64,000 bases of DNA from Squalus acanthias (lineage: Eukaryota): assembly GCA_030390025.1 (NCBI GenBank), contig CM059425.1:178872001-178936000 (forward strand), in the 5' to 3' direction. How positions within the stretch are numbered: the first letter of the stretch is position 1; every line of letters starts with the position of its first letter. This document shows, piece after piece, positions 37,218 to 50,639 of the stretch. A program made the translations under genes and the position numbers. Under the pieces are notes generated by a model. It saw nothing but the letters and a program-made list of their open reading frames with translations. It was not told where the DNA came from and did no database searches.

Positions 37218-37582
37218 AAAAGAAAGTTTCATCAAGTCCCTTCTGACAATCTATTTGTACAATTTGGTGCTCCTAACTCACTTTACGCTTTCCCAGTCTG
37301 CTTCATTTATATTGTGGGGTAGATTCAGCAACGATAGATACCCGATAAGTGTGAGATTTGGACATTTGCTGTTGTTTTGAATTTGAAAACACAACCTTTC
37401 CAGTCTGTTTGAACTCTTCCCAGTGCTGGGGAAAGACTATGGAGACTAGCAATGAAAAAATGGCATTGTTGGTCTATACAGACAGGTTGAGAGATCAGCC
37501 ATCCCGTGGCACAACCTAAGAATGGCAGACGAACCCTAGATGCCAGTAACAGCTGTTTTCATTTGCTGCCTCTTTCACCTAA

Positions 37583-38608
37583 AGTGAGAAGTCGCACAAC
37601 ACCAGGTTATAGTCCAACAGTTTTATTTGAAATCACAAGCTTTCGGAGCTGCTGCTCCTTCGTCAGGTGAAGTGAAGGAATACGAATCGGCAAAGCATAT
37701 ATAAGCAGAGAACAATGCCTGTGCAGCGTACAATGTCAGACGACTACAGTTAATCTTTCTGACTGCCTTTTATCACACCTCGGCAGAGAGACAATCAGAT
37801 CAGTCAGGAAGACATTATATCAAAGACATAGCAAAATACAACTAGGACAATGAGGTGGGTCACAGGGGGTCTAATGTGTCAAATGCTGCAGTCTGTATGG
37901 AAAACCATAAACTTTAAACTTTTTACTTTTTTTACTGGAAATCACATCTGTGAACAAGCCAACGACGACTCGAGTCTGGATGACTCTACGTCAGGTGGGG
38001 TTACATGTAGCGTGACATGAACCCAAGATCCCGGTTAAGGCCGTCCTCATGGGTGCGGAACTTGGCTATCATCGAGCAGAAACTGATAGCCAAGTTCCGC
38101 ACCCATGAGGACGGCCTCAACCGGAATCTTGGGTTCATGTCACGCTACATGTAACCCCACCTGACGTAGAGTCATCCAGACTCGAGTCGTCGTTGGCTTG
38201 TTCACAGATGTGATTTCCAGTAAAAAAAGTAAAAAGTTTAAAGTTTATGGTTTTCCATACAGACTGCAGCATTTGACACATTAGACCCCCTGTGACCCCA
38301 CCTCATTGTCCTAGTTGTATTTTGCTATGTCTTTGGTATAATGTCTTCCTGACTGATCTGATTGTCTCTCTGCCGAAGTGTGATAAAAGGCAGTCAGAAA
38401 GATTAACTGTAGTCGTCTGACATTGTACGCTGCACAGGCATTGTTCTCTGTCTATATATGCTTTGCCGATCTGTATTCCTTCACTTCACCTGACGAAGGA
38501 GCAGCAGCTCCGAAAGCTTGTGATTTCAAATAAAACTGTTGGACTATAACCTGGTGTTGTGCGACTTCTCACTTTTGTCCACCCCAGTCCAACACCGGCA
38601 TCTCCGCA
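37583..38608 (+). mobile_element. Penelope-like element with an inverted 5' copy of its terminal repeat (~1-kb palindrome)
   Basis: Arms 37581-38071 and 38084-38575 with a 12-nt spacer; C-terminal peptide IEQKLIAKFRTHEDGLNRNLGFMSRYM*; 12-bp TSD TCTTTCACCTAA at 37571-37582 and 38609-38620. Confidence 0.88.
38486..38523 (+). ncRNA. Minimal hammerhead ribozyme motif (mirror copy at 37633-37670, minus strand)
   Basis: TCAC-CTGACGA-A-GGAGC AGCA GCTCC-GAAA-GCTT-GTGA: stem I TCAC/GTGA, stem II GGAGC/GCTCC, palindromic AAGCTT in place of stem III. Confidence 0.8.
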
Positions 38609-40285
38609 TCTTTCACCTAACACTAGGAATCACCAAATGAAACTTTATGGGAGTGCCTTCAACAGCACCTTTGCCCTCAAAAACAACCCGTAAAGCAAAT
38701 GGAGTATAATATACCAAAGATTTCTAAAATACATGTGGTTAGGATACTGAATGAGAAGTGTCTTGTCTGCTGGTCCCTTATCTGAAAGATGAGATCTTCA
38801 AGGACAGCTGTGAATTGAAACCTAAAGGAGGCAACCGAGAATGGATCAGTGTCCTGTGCTTAATAAGAGCATTCCACAATCCTATCCTTAGTGCAAATAA
38901 TAGTTTAACTGAGGAAATGCTGAAATACGGCTGGTGTCTGATACACCTTGACCCCAAGGCAGTAACTTGAATAAACATTCCATTAGATAAAGACTTAGTA
39001 GATATCAAAAGGCAAGAAAGAAACCATTAGAAGATCAATCATTATTCAGCCTAGCAATTCTGCCCTTTAGCAAATGGCTAGACATGTTCCTGCTTGGAGA
39101 TTTCTGTTCATTACAATTCTATTGTGAAATGCATAACACAAATAATGCCTGTGCTCTTGCATTTGTAATATATCTACATACTGTTTACATTCCAGTAAAT
39201 GGACTTCATTATGGACCAAAAATGATGTTCCCTTTAAAGCAGCCTTGTTTACAACATTGACTCCACTTCAAAAGTATTTCATTGACTGTAAAGTGCTTTG
39301 AGACGTCCGGTGGTCGTGAAAGGCGCTATATAAATGCAAGTCTTTCAAGTCTTTCTTGCTCTGAAGCAGGCACTGATTTATGAACTTGAGAGTTAAGAAG
39401 CAAAACAATTAAATGTGTACAGCAGTTTGTTATGCACAAATATGTAGATTTCTGTCATGCTATTTACAAGGAGAAGATTTATAAAACGCCCTTCTCTAGA
39501 TTAGATGACCTTCCAAGGAGCTTGAAATTATATATTATGTTGATCATAATACTTTCTCATGTTAATTCCACTTCAGCCATTTAAGCAGCTCCTGTTTTCT
39601 TAAGTATTTACAGGTCATTTGATTTCTTCGTGTGTGTGTGTGTTTGTTTTTGCAATCCTTCTTCCATTGTTCCCTTCCTGTTTAAATGCTATCCATTTGT
39701 AATATCTTCCAGTTCCAACAAAGGATCCACATCTGAAATGCTAACTCATCAGTTATCTCCAAAGATGCTGTCTAACATAAATTTTATGTTTCAGATCTTC
39801 AGCATCTGCAGTATATGCTTTTTCATTATAATACTTACTTCCCCACCTCTCTTCCTAGTTACATCTCCTTCCCTATAGCTATAAATTGTGTGTAGCTCCA
39901 GCTTTTAGAATCATGAAGATATTACCAATTAATTTAATTTCTGAAATTGCTCCAAAGTGGCAGCCCATATTCCAGCAGTTGTATACACAAAGGACTAATC
40001 AGTTAACCAAATAAATACTAGTGGGCCCTGTCTCACTATTTTTCCAGAGTATACATCCAATGGTAGCTTTGTGTCACTGCCAATATCAATTCAGAAAAAT
40101 TCTCCAACGGTCTCATTTATTAACCAGTGCCAAAGTTGAACTTCAATACAATATCTAGCTGAAGTTGGTCAGTTTTTACAAGTGTATGAGTATAACGCTG
40201 TACTGATGGCTTCAACAGCAAGCAATATATTATAGCAAAGGTAGTTTATGTGGCTACTCTGTTAATGAGCAGACCATAACCAGAT

Positions 40286-40463
40286 GGGGTTTAATTTTCT
40301 TTTGGGTAGCACACTGATTAATGTTTTTACGTAAATTTCCCCTGGGCATTACTTTAATGGAGTTGTTAAAATAAGCAAGTTAATAACGGTGTTAAAATAG
40401 ACGACATGTAAAAATTTTATGTGAACATGTTAACTAGTGCAATACAAGAGCAAATTAAGCTCC
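40286..40463. mobile_element. Old short MITE-like hairpin
   Basis: GGGGTTTAATTTTCTTTTG...CAAGAGCAAATTAAGCTCC imperfect terminal inverted repeats. Confidence 0.45.
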
Positions 40464-41619
40464 TGTGTTTAATATCAGAGGCTAGAGTACATCAGGGATA
40501 GTTTCAAAGAGGGGCTGTTGCAGTTGTAAAGTGCACGTGACTTACTGAAATCATATCTTGAATGACTTTGGGGAGCAGTATAAAAGCTTTTTTTTGGCCA
40601 CTTAGACGAGAGAGAGGGTATAAATCGTACATTCCAATTATGATTATGGAGGTTATTTTCTCACCAAAGTCCGCACTGAACAGACAAGTAACATGATACA
40701 GTTTGACATGTCCTTCTGTTTCAAGGACGATCAAGTATAAATGCTACCAATTTGATTTCAATTTGGATCTGCACCATTTGACCAGAATTTGAATCAGTTA
40801 CTTCATATAAATAGCAAGTCATAGTCCTGGATTTTTTTGGGACACTCTCATCATCAAAAATGAGCTTCATTAAATCTGACAAGTTTTGCTATGTGAAAGC
40901 ATTCAGTTCATACCTGCTTCCAGTCAGTTGTAGTTTGTACCTTTTAAATAAGTGGAAACAAGAACTTGACAGTGAACACTAAAACATTTCCTGGAGTGTA
41001 CTGTTTCTAAATACTTAGTAATTACAGCTTCAGATCTTATTTGATGGTGTTATTTTGACTGCATTCTCTAAAGAATGGACCAGTGTGTGTTCCACAATGG
41101 TTTTTTTGTGCGCATTTTTTCAGGCTGTATTTTCTAATCAAAGCAAGGAACATATGCTGGGTATTGAATGTGAAAGCAACAGTAATGGATCTTTAATGAA
41201 ATTGTGCCAAAATATGATTTTCTACCACCTCCAGACAGAATCCAATCCTCAACATTACTTTAGAATACTTTTATTTGTCATGGCATGAAAATATATTGTT
41301 GTAGGAGTCATGTAACATATATCCTGGTGAGAATTTGCAAAATTATACCCTTTAACTTTCAGGACATAACTTTAAGCAACTAAGCTAATTTGCATAAATC
41401 ACATATTGCTTTTACTGTATATATGTTTCAGTTGGAGAATATATCAAACCGATCCTGTCCCCTCCAGATCAATAGCAGTAACATACTCAGTATCTTGTTT
41501 GTCGCTGTCCTACTGTCAGCCTGCGAACTAGGGTCAAGCTTCAGGTGGATGGTAGCATGTAGCAGGAGTATCCTCAGCTCACCCGTGTTGAATTATGGTC
41601 ATGGCAGCATAGCACAGTA

Positions 41620-41958
41620 AGAAAGAAAGAACTTGCATTTATATAGCACCTTTCACAACCTCAGGATGTCCCAAAGCACTGTACAGCCAACAAAGTACTT
41701 TTGAAGCGTAGTCACTGTTGTAATGTAGGAAACGCAGCAGCCAATTTGTGCACACCAAGCTCCCACAAACAGCAGTGAAACAAATGACCAGATAATCTGT
41801 TTTAGTGATGTTAGTTGAGGGATAAATATTGACCAGGACATTGGGAGAACTCCCTTGCTCCTCTTCGAAGTAGTTCCGTGGGATCTTTTATGTCCAGGGT
41901 GGACAGGGCCTCGGTTTACTATCTCATCTGAATGATGGTACCTCTGATGGTGCACCAC
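41620..41958 (-). mobile_element. Deu-domain SINE, head missing
   Basis: Reverse complement of the Deu core and L2-type tail. Confidence 0.82.
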
Positions 41959-42041
41959 AGATATGCCAACCTTTGTTTCATTCGCAGGATGTAGGCGGCA
42001 CAAGTAAGGCATCTGAAATGAGGCTTGAGCACAGAGCTTTT

Positions 42042-42800
42042 GGGTTGGATATTTACTGGGGTGGGTTGCGTAGGCGGGGGAGCGTTGGTGGAGTTTTGGA
42101 CGGGAAAATCTGGGTTTCCCTGAACGCTGTGGAGATTTAACTCAGGCCCCAGGTCAGAAAGGTGAGTTTCCATCGATTGAGCTCATTCAGGAGCGGGGGC
42201 GGGTGGTGGAGTTCATCACATTGTGACCAAATTCTCAGGCACACAGCACAGGCACCCATGGTCAATGAATCTAACGTTAATCACCTGACCTGCAGTGGCC
42301 AGCAGTCAATTGAAGCCACTGACCCAGGTCTGTTTCGCCTGCTGCAGCAATCAGTTTAAATTCAGTTTAAATTAGTTAAAATCAGTCGATTGATCTGCCC
42401 TTCTGGTACATCAGTCCTGTGACCAACAGTCAATTGAAGCCACCTGTCTGTCCTGCTCTGCTGTAGTAATTAGTCAATTGAAGACAGCAGTGACCAGCAG
42501 TCAACTGAAGCCACAGGCGTGCTGCTGCAGAAATCACCAATTATGTTAAAAAGTTGAAGAATGGCTCATTTCCTGGCAATCTCACTCCTTTTTGTGATGC
42601 CCTGTTCCAGTCACAAATCGATTACAATTGATTACGCTGCTTGATTGCGCTGATCATGAGAGATTTTATGTTCAGGCTACTGCTAATAAGTTTGCGCAGA
42701 AACGTCGGCGTAATTTCACCTCGGCAAACTGACACAGTTTCCAGTGCATTCTGGGCACATTTTGCCTTTGGTGCCTTTTGCGGAAACCGCAGGCCACACG
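42042..42800. mobile_element. Possible Harbinger-type non-autonomous element with internal repeats
   Basis: Starts GGGTTGGATATTT (compare the TIR ending at 27891); four variants of CAGCAGTCAATTGAAGCCAC at ~42300-42513. Confidence 0.4.
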
Positions 42801-42959
42801 GTCTAGGTCACACATGGCCAGCTTTGTGAGACACTAGAGAACAGGCAATTCCCATGGAACCATATCCCAGTCAGGACCCTCAGGAGAAAAGGGGAAGAAA
42901 ATGGAAAGAAAAATTAGCAAGGTTGATATCGCTAGGCTGTGTGGAAGCTGTCCATCACA

Positions 42960-43760
42960 GTTTGAGCCCTTTCATGAGGGTTAGGATCTTGATGTTACCT
43001 GTTGGTTCTGGGATTGCTTAACTCTCTCGTCTATAGTATGCTAGTTTCACTATTTAGCTTCACCAGATTGGCACCTCATTTTCAGTATGCCTGGTGCTAC
43101 ACCCAGCATCCTTTTCTACACTCCTTATTGAGCCAGGGCTGGTCATCTGGCTTGATGGTGGTGGAGGAGTGAGGAATATGCTGGGCCATGATATTACAGA
43201 TTGTGGTGAAATACAATTCTGCTGCTGCTGATGGCCCACAGTGCCTCAATATTGCCCAGTTTTGAGCTGCTAGATCTTTTCTTTAATCTATCCCACTTAG
43301 CATGGTGGTAATGCCACACAACATGATGGAGAGTGTCCTCAGTGTCAAGATAGGACTTGGTCTCCACTAGGACTGTGCAGTAGTCACTCCAACAATGCTT
43401 TCATAGACAGATGCATCTGCAATAGGAAGATTGGTGAGGGTGAGGTCAAGTAGGTTATTTCCTCATGCTGATTCTCTCACCACCTGCCGCAAGCCCAGTC
43501 TGGCAGTTATGTCCTTCAGTCTCGGCCAGCTTGGTCCGTGGTGGTACTACTGAGTCACTTTTGGTGATGGATATTGAAATCCCCCACCCAAAGTACATTC
43601 TGTGTCCTTGCTGCCCTCAGTGCTTCCTCCAAGTGGCGTTCAACATGCAGGAGTACTGATTCATCAGATGATGGAAGGTGGTTGATGGTAATCAGCAGAA
43701 GGTTTCCTTGTCCATGTTAGACCTGAGACGTCATGAGGCGTGCAGTCAATGTTGAGGAAT
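42960..43760 (-). mobile_element. Degraded APE-region fragment of the 29121-33934 LINE family
   Basis: Reverse complement is collinear with ~30420-31230. Confidence 0.75.
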
Positions 43761-44020
43761 TATATAACTTTTACGACCAGTACAAAACCAAAATAATACA
43801 AGATAATCTCTTTGAACCACGACTGTATGCTGTATTTCCTGAAGACCCTTCCTTTCAATTGCACCCTCACTTAACCCCACGCTTCCCTTTCTCCATCCTA
43901 CCCAGCTTCCACTTGTAGTCCACCATCCTGTAAAGCAGAGACTTGTCTCTGTACATGAGGAGCACTATAGAAATGGAAGTAGTTTTGGCATCAACATGCC
44001 GCATTGGCACTAAAGCTACA

Positions 44021-46099
44021 GGCCGTGAAATTGGGCCCATTTGCGCCGGCTGTTAAGGCTGGTTTAGAAGAAAAAATGGCGGCCACCTCGTTTCCACCTA
44101 CTTCCTGTGTGGAACGCGTTGGCTGCCATTTTGGGCAGGTCAGCAGCACTGCCGTTGCCTGCGCTCGCTCCAGATATGGAGATGAGTCAGATTGTGACAT
44201 CAATCGGCGTACAATGCTTAATTGACACATGACCTGGTATTTTGGATGTTGCCGCTCCTTTTAATGCCCTCTCCAAAGCAGGCACAGCAGAACGTGCGTG
44301 CAACAATATGATGGACCCCCTACCAGCGCTTCTTAAAGGGACACACACAACTTTCAGGTAAGTTTAGATTTTTGCTTTTGTACTGGTTTCTTTACATTTT
44401 ATTGGATCAGTGGCTTGGTGTAATACATTTAAAAAGTTGTTAAAAGTATACAGGGAGTGCTGCTGGACATTTGCAAAGCTTTAGCTCTTAAAGGAAGGCC
44501 TCTGAGAACACCACTTGCTCTCAGTTCTGGGGACTCTAGTTGCAGTCCTCCTTGGGCTGCAGCATGACATGGAGATGGAGCAGAGGCAGCAAAGGGGACA
44601 AACTGCTCACAGAGAGAGGGGGAGGAGGAGAAGGAAGAGGAGGAGGAAGCAAAAGAGGAAAAAGCAGAAGAGGAGGAAGTGGAAGGCAGGAGGCAACCCA
44701 GACAGCCCCTTTTTAGGCAGGATATCCAGGATCAAATGATCCACCTGCGGTACCAGTGAACACAACCCCAATTCCCCTTTCAACATTTGTCCCACACCTT
44801 ACTTTCCCTCTGTTACTGACCATTATAGCGTCCTCTTGGCCACTTTGCTGAAATAAATGTAACTACAAAGCAAACATTCCAATCCAAATTAGCCATATAT
44901 GCATCCAATATTACATCAAAAAATCAACTAATCATCCTTGTGCATTCCCTTAGTGACTGTTTTGCATGTGCCTTTACCTATCCTAGTGCTCTTACGCAGT
45001 GCTATCCCAGTGGCTGCAGCATAGCTGGTGGAAGGCTACTGATTTTCAGTGGGGTCACTGCAGATGGCCTTGCAGGACGACCTCGAGGAGCTGGTGGCTG
45101 GGAGTGTGAAATCGAGTGACGGTGTTTCTTTTTCTTCTTCACCCTCTTGTTGTCCCATTGGCTAGGCAGGCTGGATTGCTTGGGTGTCTGAAATGAGGAA
45201 GGCACAAGGGTAGGGAATGGGGGTAAAGCAAGAGGTGCATGCTTACACCAGGTGCAGCTTGTAAATCAGAAGATATTGTGGGATGAGGGGGAAGTGGGAT
45301 GTGAGAAAGAGGATAATGTATGAGGATACCAGCATCTTGTATTCTTTCAGTCCCACCACTGGCCAAGGGCTCACCCATGCCCCTGCCAAGAATGGCCAGC
45401 ACCGTCTCCTCCAAGGGGGTGAGATGAAGCTAGGAATGTAAGGTGTGCCTTGTATTTGGTCAGGATTGTTGGTAGATGAGTGATGGGGGTGTGATGCATT
45501 GAGCAGTGTGTGAGGCTAGTGGTGCAGTTGGTAGAAGAGGGCTTTTGATGATGCATTCACTGACCTTGACCACTTGTCTAAGGTCATGAAACCTCTTTGG
45601 ACACTGGAGCCAAGTCCTGGGGGCGACACTGTTAGCAGTGACAATCTTGTTGATCTGGTCCCACAATACTTCTTTCTAGAGGTCCTCTGTGGGTAGGAGA
45701 CCTCTCTTCCAGTGTTGATCCTTTGCACAAAGCTAGAATGCTGCGTGCGAGACCCTAGGTGCCCTTTCCCTGGCCTGTTGAGCCATTTGGGTTAGCGCTG
45801 AAAGTAGTTTTAAAATTTTTCATCAGCAGAAGGCAGCTCACCTTTAGGAGGTGCAGACTGACTTAAGAGGAGCCAGCTCACTTTAAGTAAAGTTAGCTTT
45901 CTCAAACCTTCGGAACTTCGGCCCCCTGCTGATCACACAGCCTGTCAGCAGTGCATTCAGCGCTAGGCTGTGCACTGCAATCATTATAATTAGCAGGTAG
46001 CACCAAGTTGACATGCTGCCTGTGCTCCTTGAACGGGTGCGGGCATGTATCGAATCACGTTGCCCGCGCCCATTTTTTGCGCTATCCAATTTCTAGGCC
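44021..46099 (+). mobile_element. Harbinger internal-deletion derivative (2079 bp)
   Basis: TIRs GGCCGTGAAATTGG and reverse complement GGCCTAGAAATTGG; TSD ACA at 44018-44020 and 46100-46102. Transposase N-terminus is joined to the acidic tail; Myb remnant RTWLQCPKRFHDLRQVVK with a GTCAGT donor on -. Confidence 0.85.
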
Positions 46100-47387
46100 A
46101 CAATGTAGAAACAGCACAAACATTAGCTCAGTTAGTTAAATACTCAATGTGGTACGAACGGGCTAGTGGTCAGGTACAGGAACCATAGCTGATTTTCCCT
46201 GACTTTAGCCAAAGGACTCTGAGACCACAACTGCTGCTCTGGCTATCCCAGAACAAAGGAGCAATTAACCCTGAACTTTATAGATCAGTTATGCCCTCGT
46301 CAGTGCGATGACCAAATATGCCATCGATGGGCTACAATAGGCTGATTTTAAATGTTATTACTATAACCGCCATCCTATTGTGACAACAAGAGATTTGTAC
46401 TTGAAATTTCTTAAGTATTTGAACATTATAACGTTATACTATTAATGTAAAAATTGCAATAGTACAACTCTAATTTTCATTGGTCATCATTATTTCACCA
46501 GAACAGAGCCTGTATCATAAATTGAGTTATCAATAACTATCACTAACTAGTTAAGAGCTCAATTAATGCTGTACCACATAGGTAATTATACTTTGGAATC
46601 ACGGACACTTCTATGTTGGCTTTATAGTTATTTCATCAGTCATCATAAATGCTCCTTTCATGTGATTATAATTCTACATAGACCTCTAAGGCTTTCATAG
46701 TCTGTGCACAAGATATCCCACACTCAACCTGACAGGCAGCACAGAACCATGAATTCAACTTGTGTCACTATACTGCATTTTAGCAGACATTATGGCTTGA
46801 AATCAAAAGGAATTTGGAAAAGAGATTAAAAATTGTTAAGTGCTTGCATTAAATTTCTTAGACATGAAGCTGCTATAATGTGATTGCCTTGAAATTACCA
46901 AACAAAAATTAAAATCCTGCTGGGTTTTAATGGAAAAAATATTTAATTCTGCATGTTGCTACTGAAACATAAATCTGACCAAAGAACCCTTAATGGAGAA
47001 ATACCATTTCCCCATTTGTAGCATAAATCTGCCAAATAAATGCAACGTGTCATTCTCCTACCTTTTCTTGATAGACGAGAAGCATTTTATTTATAATTGA
47101 AGTTTTGTTACTCATGTTTTTCGCAATAAGCACATTCATTAAAATGCTTGTTTCAGCAAGTCGTAACTCACATGTTCATTAGGCACAATGACTACATCAA
47201 TAAGAGGTTAATGCTTTGCATGGCAGTTTGGGACCAAGAGCAGATCCACATTCTGCCTGAGGACATAAACTGTCATTAACAGGGTAGTGACTTTTTAAGA
47301 ACACCTTTTGTCCTGTTCTGTTAATGTTTTTCATACAAGATGGTTCTGATTTTTAAAATGTAAATATAAAAAAATTGTTAAATTATT

Positions 47388-48089
47388 TGAAAGATCATTT
47401 GCTTCTGATTGGCAGGGTAATCACGCAAGTTTTCTAGCTTTTTTCAAAAACGCATACAGAATTTGTTTTTCAAATATTTAATTCCAGGCCTATGTTTTAA
47501 ATAAAGAAATGTCATCATCATCGGTCGTGTATCATCGGAGCATTTCTTGCTCTTTCATTGACTTGCTATAACAGCAGCTGCATCACGGCATGTAGGCTGT
47601 GGATGTCGTTAGCTAATTCAAGAATTAGCTCCTGTGTCCTTTGGTGACATTTCCTCCATCAAGGGCCCACTGCCCTCCTCCAGGTGTTCACTGGCCCGAA
47701 GCCATTGGCACTTTCTGGAGGTGACCAGGTCACTTAACTACTTCTCGGCTCTCGGTGTTGACCAATCACGGGTAGTACCGTCATTATAGTAGCAGGTTTT
47801 AAAATCTGACCTGACCTAAAAAACTAGGAAAGGGTTATTCCATGTACTTTATCCTCAGTATAGCTTGATTTACATAATTTTAAGTGTATAATGAAAAACT
47901 GTATAAATTATGAAGTGTGACAAATGAAAGATCATTTGCTTCTGATTGGCAGAGTCCTGATGCTCCGATGATACATGACCGATGATGATGATACTTCTTT
48001 ATTTAAAACATAGGCCTGGAATTAAATATTTGAAAAACAAACTCTCTATAAAACTTGCGTGATTACCCTGCCAATCAGAAGCAAATGAT
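47388..48089. repeat. Compound inverted plus direct repeat
   Basis: 47394-47542 is inverted relative to 47961-48089; a 28-bp direct repeat lies at 47388-47415 and 47925-47952. Confidence 0.9.
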
Positions 48090-48547
48090 AAGTGAGACCA
48101 TTTGATCTACCCTTCCGTATTTCTTAAAGTATGCCATGCTATGGTCATAGTTGTTAAGTGTTTTTAAAATGAATATATGCTATTTGCCTGTTCTATTAAG
48201 TGTTGAGTGTATATCTGTTAAGTATATAGTTGTGAAATATATGGGGGGAGGGGGAGCGGTTGCCTGAACATTGGCCATTTATGTTGTTTTTCCGCACTTT
48301 GCTGCTGAAATTACAACAGATGAGCGGGAGAACTCCCGCAAAAATTTGCCCCTGTGAAAATTCATCTGATGATGGTTAAGTATGTATATGTTGAATGTCA
48401 AACTGCTCAGAGCATATCTTTGCATGCATTAAAGTTAAGTGTATCAATATTAATTGCTAGAATAACTTTGCCTATGGAATAAATATAACACTTGGAAAAA
48501 TGTCCTAAGTGTATAGTTGTTAGCTATACTCATGCTAAAACTCTATA

Positions 48548-48996
48548 GTGTCAGCTGTGGCTCAGTGGGTAGCACACTCGCCTCTGAGTCAGAAGGTTGT
48601 GGGTTCATAGTCCCACTCCAGGGACTTTGAGCACATAAATCTAGGCTGACACTCCAGTGGGAGTGAGGGAGTGCTGCACTGTTGGAGGTGCTGTCTTTCG
48701 GATGAGACGTTAAACCGAGGCTCCATCTGCTCTCTCAGGTGGATGTAAAAGATCCCGTGGCACTATTTCAAAGAAGAGCAGGGGAGTTATCCCCGGTGTC
48801 CTGGCCAATATTTATCCCTCAACCAACATAAGAAAAACAGATGATCTGGTCATTATCACATTGCTGTTGTGGGAGCTTGCTGTGTTTCCCACATTACAAT
48901 AGTGACTCCACTTCAAAAGTACTTCATTGGCTGAAAAGTGCTTTGAGAATCCGGTGGCTGTGAAAGGCGCTACATAAATGCAAGTCTTTCTTCTTC
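48548..48996 (+). mobile_element. Deu-domain SINE, full length
   Basis: A box TGGCTCAGTGG, B-box region, Deu core and L2 tail. Confidence 0.9.
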
Positions 48997-49167
48997 TATA
49001 CTCATCCAAAATTCTTCTGCCTGTATCCTAACTCACACGAAGTCCTGTCCATCCATTACCGCTGTGTTTGCTGATCTACATTGGTTCCAGTCCAGCAATG
49101 CCTCAATTTTATGGTGTTCAACAACATCAATTTGTATTTATACAGTGCCTTTAAAGTAGTAAAACTG

Positions 49168-50630
49168 CACTATTCAAGAAAGGTGGGAGAGAGAAAACAG
49201 GCAACTACAGGCCAGTTAGCTGGACATTGGTTGTCAGGAAAATGCTGGAATCCATTATTAAGGTAGTAGTAACAGGGCACTTAGAAAATCAGAATATGAT
49301 TAGGCAGAGTCAACATGGTTTTATGAAAGGGAAATCGTGTTTGACAAATTTATTAGAGGTTTTTGAGGATGTAACTAGCAGGGTAGATAAAGGGGAACCA
49401 GTGGATGCAGTATACTTGGATTTCCAAAAGGCATTCGATAAGGTGCCACATAAAAGGTTGTTGCACAAGATAAGGGCACATGAGGTTGGCAGTAATTTAT
49501 TAGCATGGATAGAGGATTGGTTAACGGTCAGAAAACAGAGAGTAGGGATAAACGGGTCATTTTCAGATTAGCAGGCTGTAACTAGTGTGGTGTCGCAGGG
49601 ATCAGTGCTTGGGCTTCAGCTATTCACAATCTGTATTAATGACTTACATGAAGGGACCGAGTGCAATGCATCCAAGTTTACTGATGATACAAAGCTAAGT
49701 GGGAAAGTAATCTGTGAGGAGGACACAAAGAGCCTGCAAAGGGATATAGACAGGTTAAGTGATTGAGCAATAAGGTGGCAGATGGAGTATAATGTGGGGA
49801 AATGTGAAGTTATTCACTTTGGTAGGAACAATAGAAAAGCAGATTATTTTTTAAATGGTGAGAAACTATTAAATGTTGATGTTCAGAGAGATTTAGGTAT
49901 CCAAGTATAAGAAACACAGAGAGTTAGCATGCAGATACAGTAAGCAATTAGGAAGGCAAATGGTGTGTTGGCCTTTATTGCAAGGGGGTTGGAGTACAAG
50001 AGCAAGGAAGTCTTGCTGCAATTGTACAGGGCCTTGGTGTGACCACACCTGGAGTACTGAGCACAGTTTTGGTCTCCTTATCTAAGGAAGGATATACTTG
50101 CTTTAGAGGTGGTGCAATGAAAGTTCACTAGATTGATTCCTGGGATGAGAGGGTTGTCCCATGAGGAGAGATTGTGTAGATTGGGCCTATACTCTCTGGA
50201 GTTTTGAAGAATGAGAGGTGATCTCATTGAAATATTGAGGGGGATTGACAGGATAGAGATTGTTTCCCCTGACTGGAGAGTCTAGAACTAGGGGTTATAG
50301 TCTCAGGATAAGGGGTCAGACTTTGAAGACTGAGATGAGGAGGAATTTCTTCACTCAAAGGGTTGTGAATCTTTGGGATTCTCTGCCCCAAAGAGCTGTG
50401 GATGCTCAATCGTTGAGCATATTCAAGGCTGAGATAGATAGATGTTCAAGGCTGAGATAGATAGATATTAAAGGCTGAGATAGATAGATTTTTGGACTCT
50501 AGGGCAATCAAGGGATATGGGGACAGGGCAGGAAAGTGGAGTTGAGGTCAAAGATCAGCCATGATCTTACTGAATGGCGGAGCAGGCTTGAGGGGTCGTA
50601 TTGCCTACTCATGCTCCTAATTCTTATGTT
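49168..50630 (+). mobile_element. CR1/HER1 LINE, 5'-truncated, with a 23-bp tandem triplication at ~50425-50490
   Basis: [39 protein letters not shown]. Confidence 0.92.
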
Positions 50631-50639
50631 GTTACCTTC

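Noticed and set aside
41432..41616. Possible internal exon (TTTCAG...GTAAGA)
   Set aside because: The donor overlaps a SINE tail and the peptide is unrecognisable.
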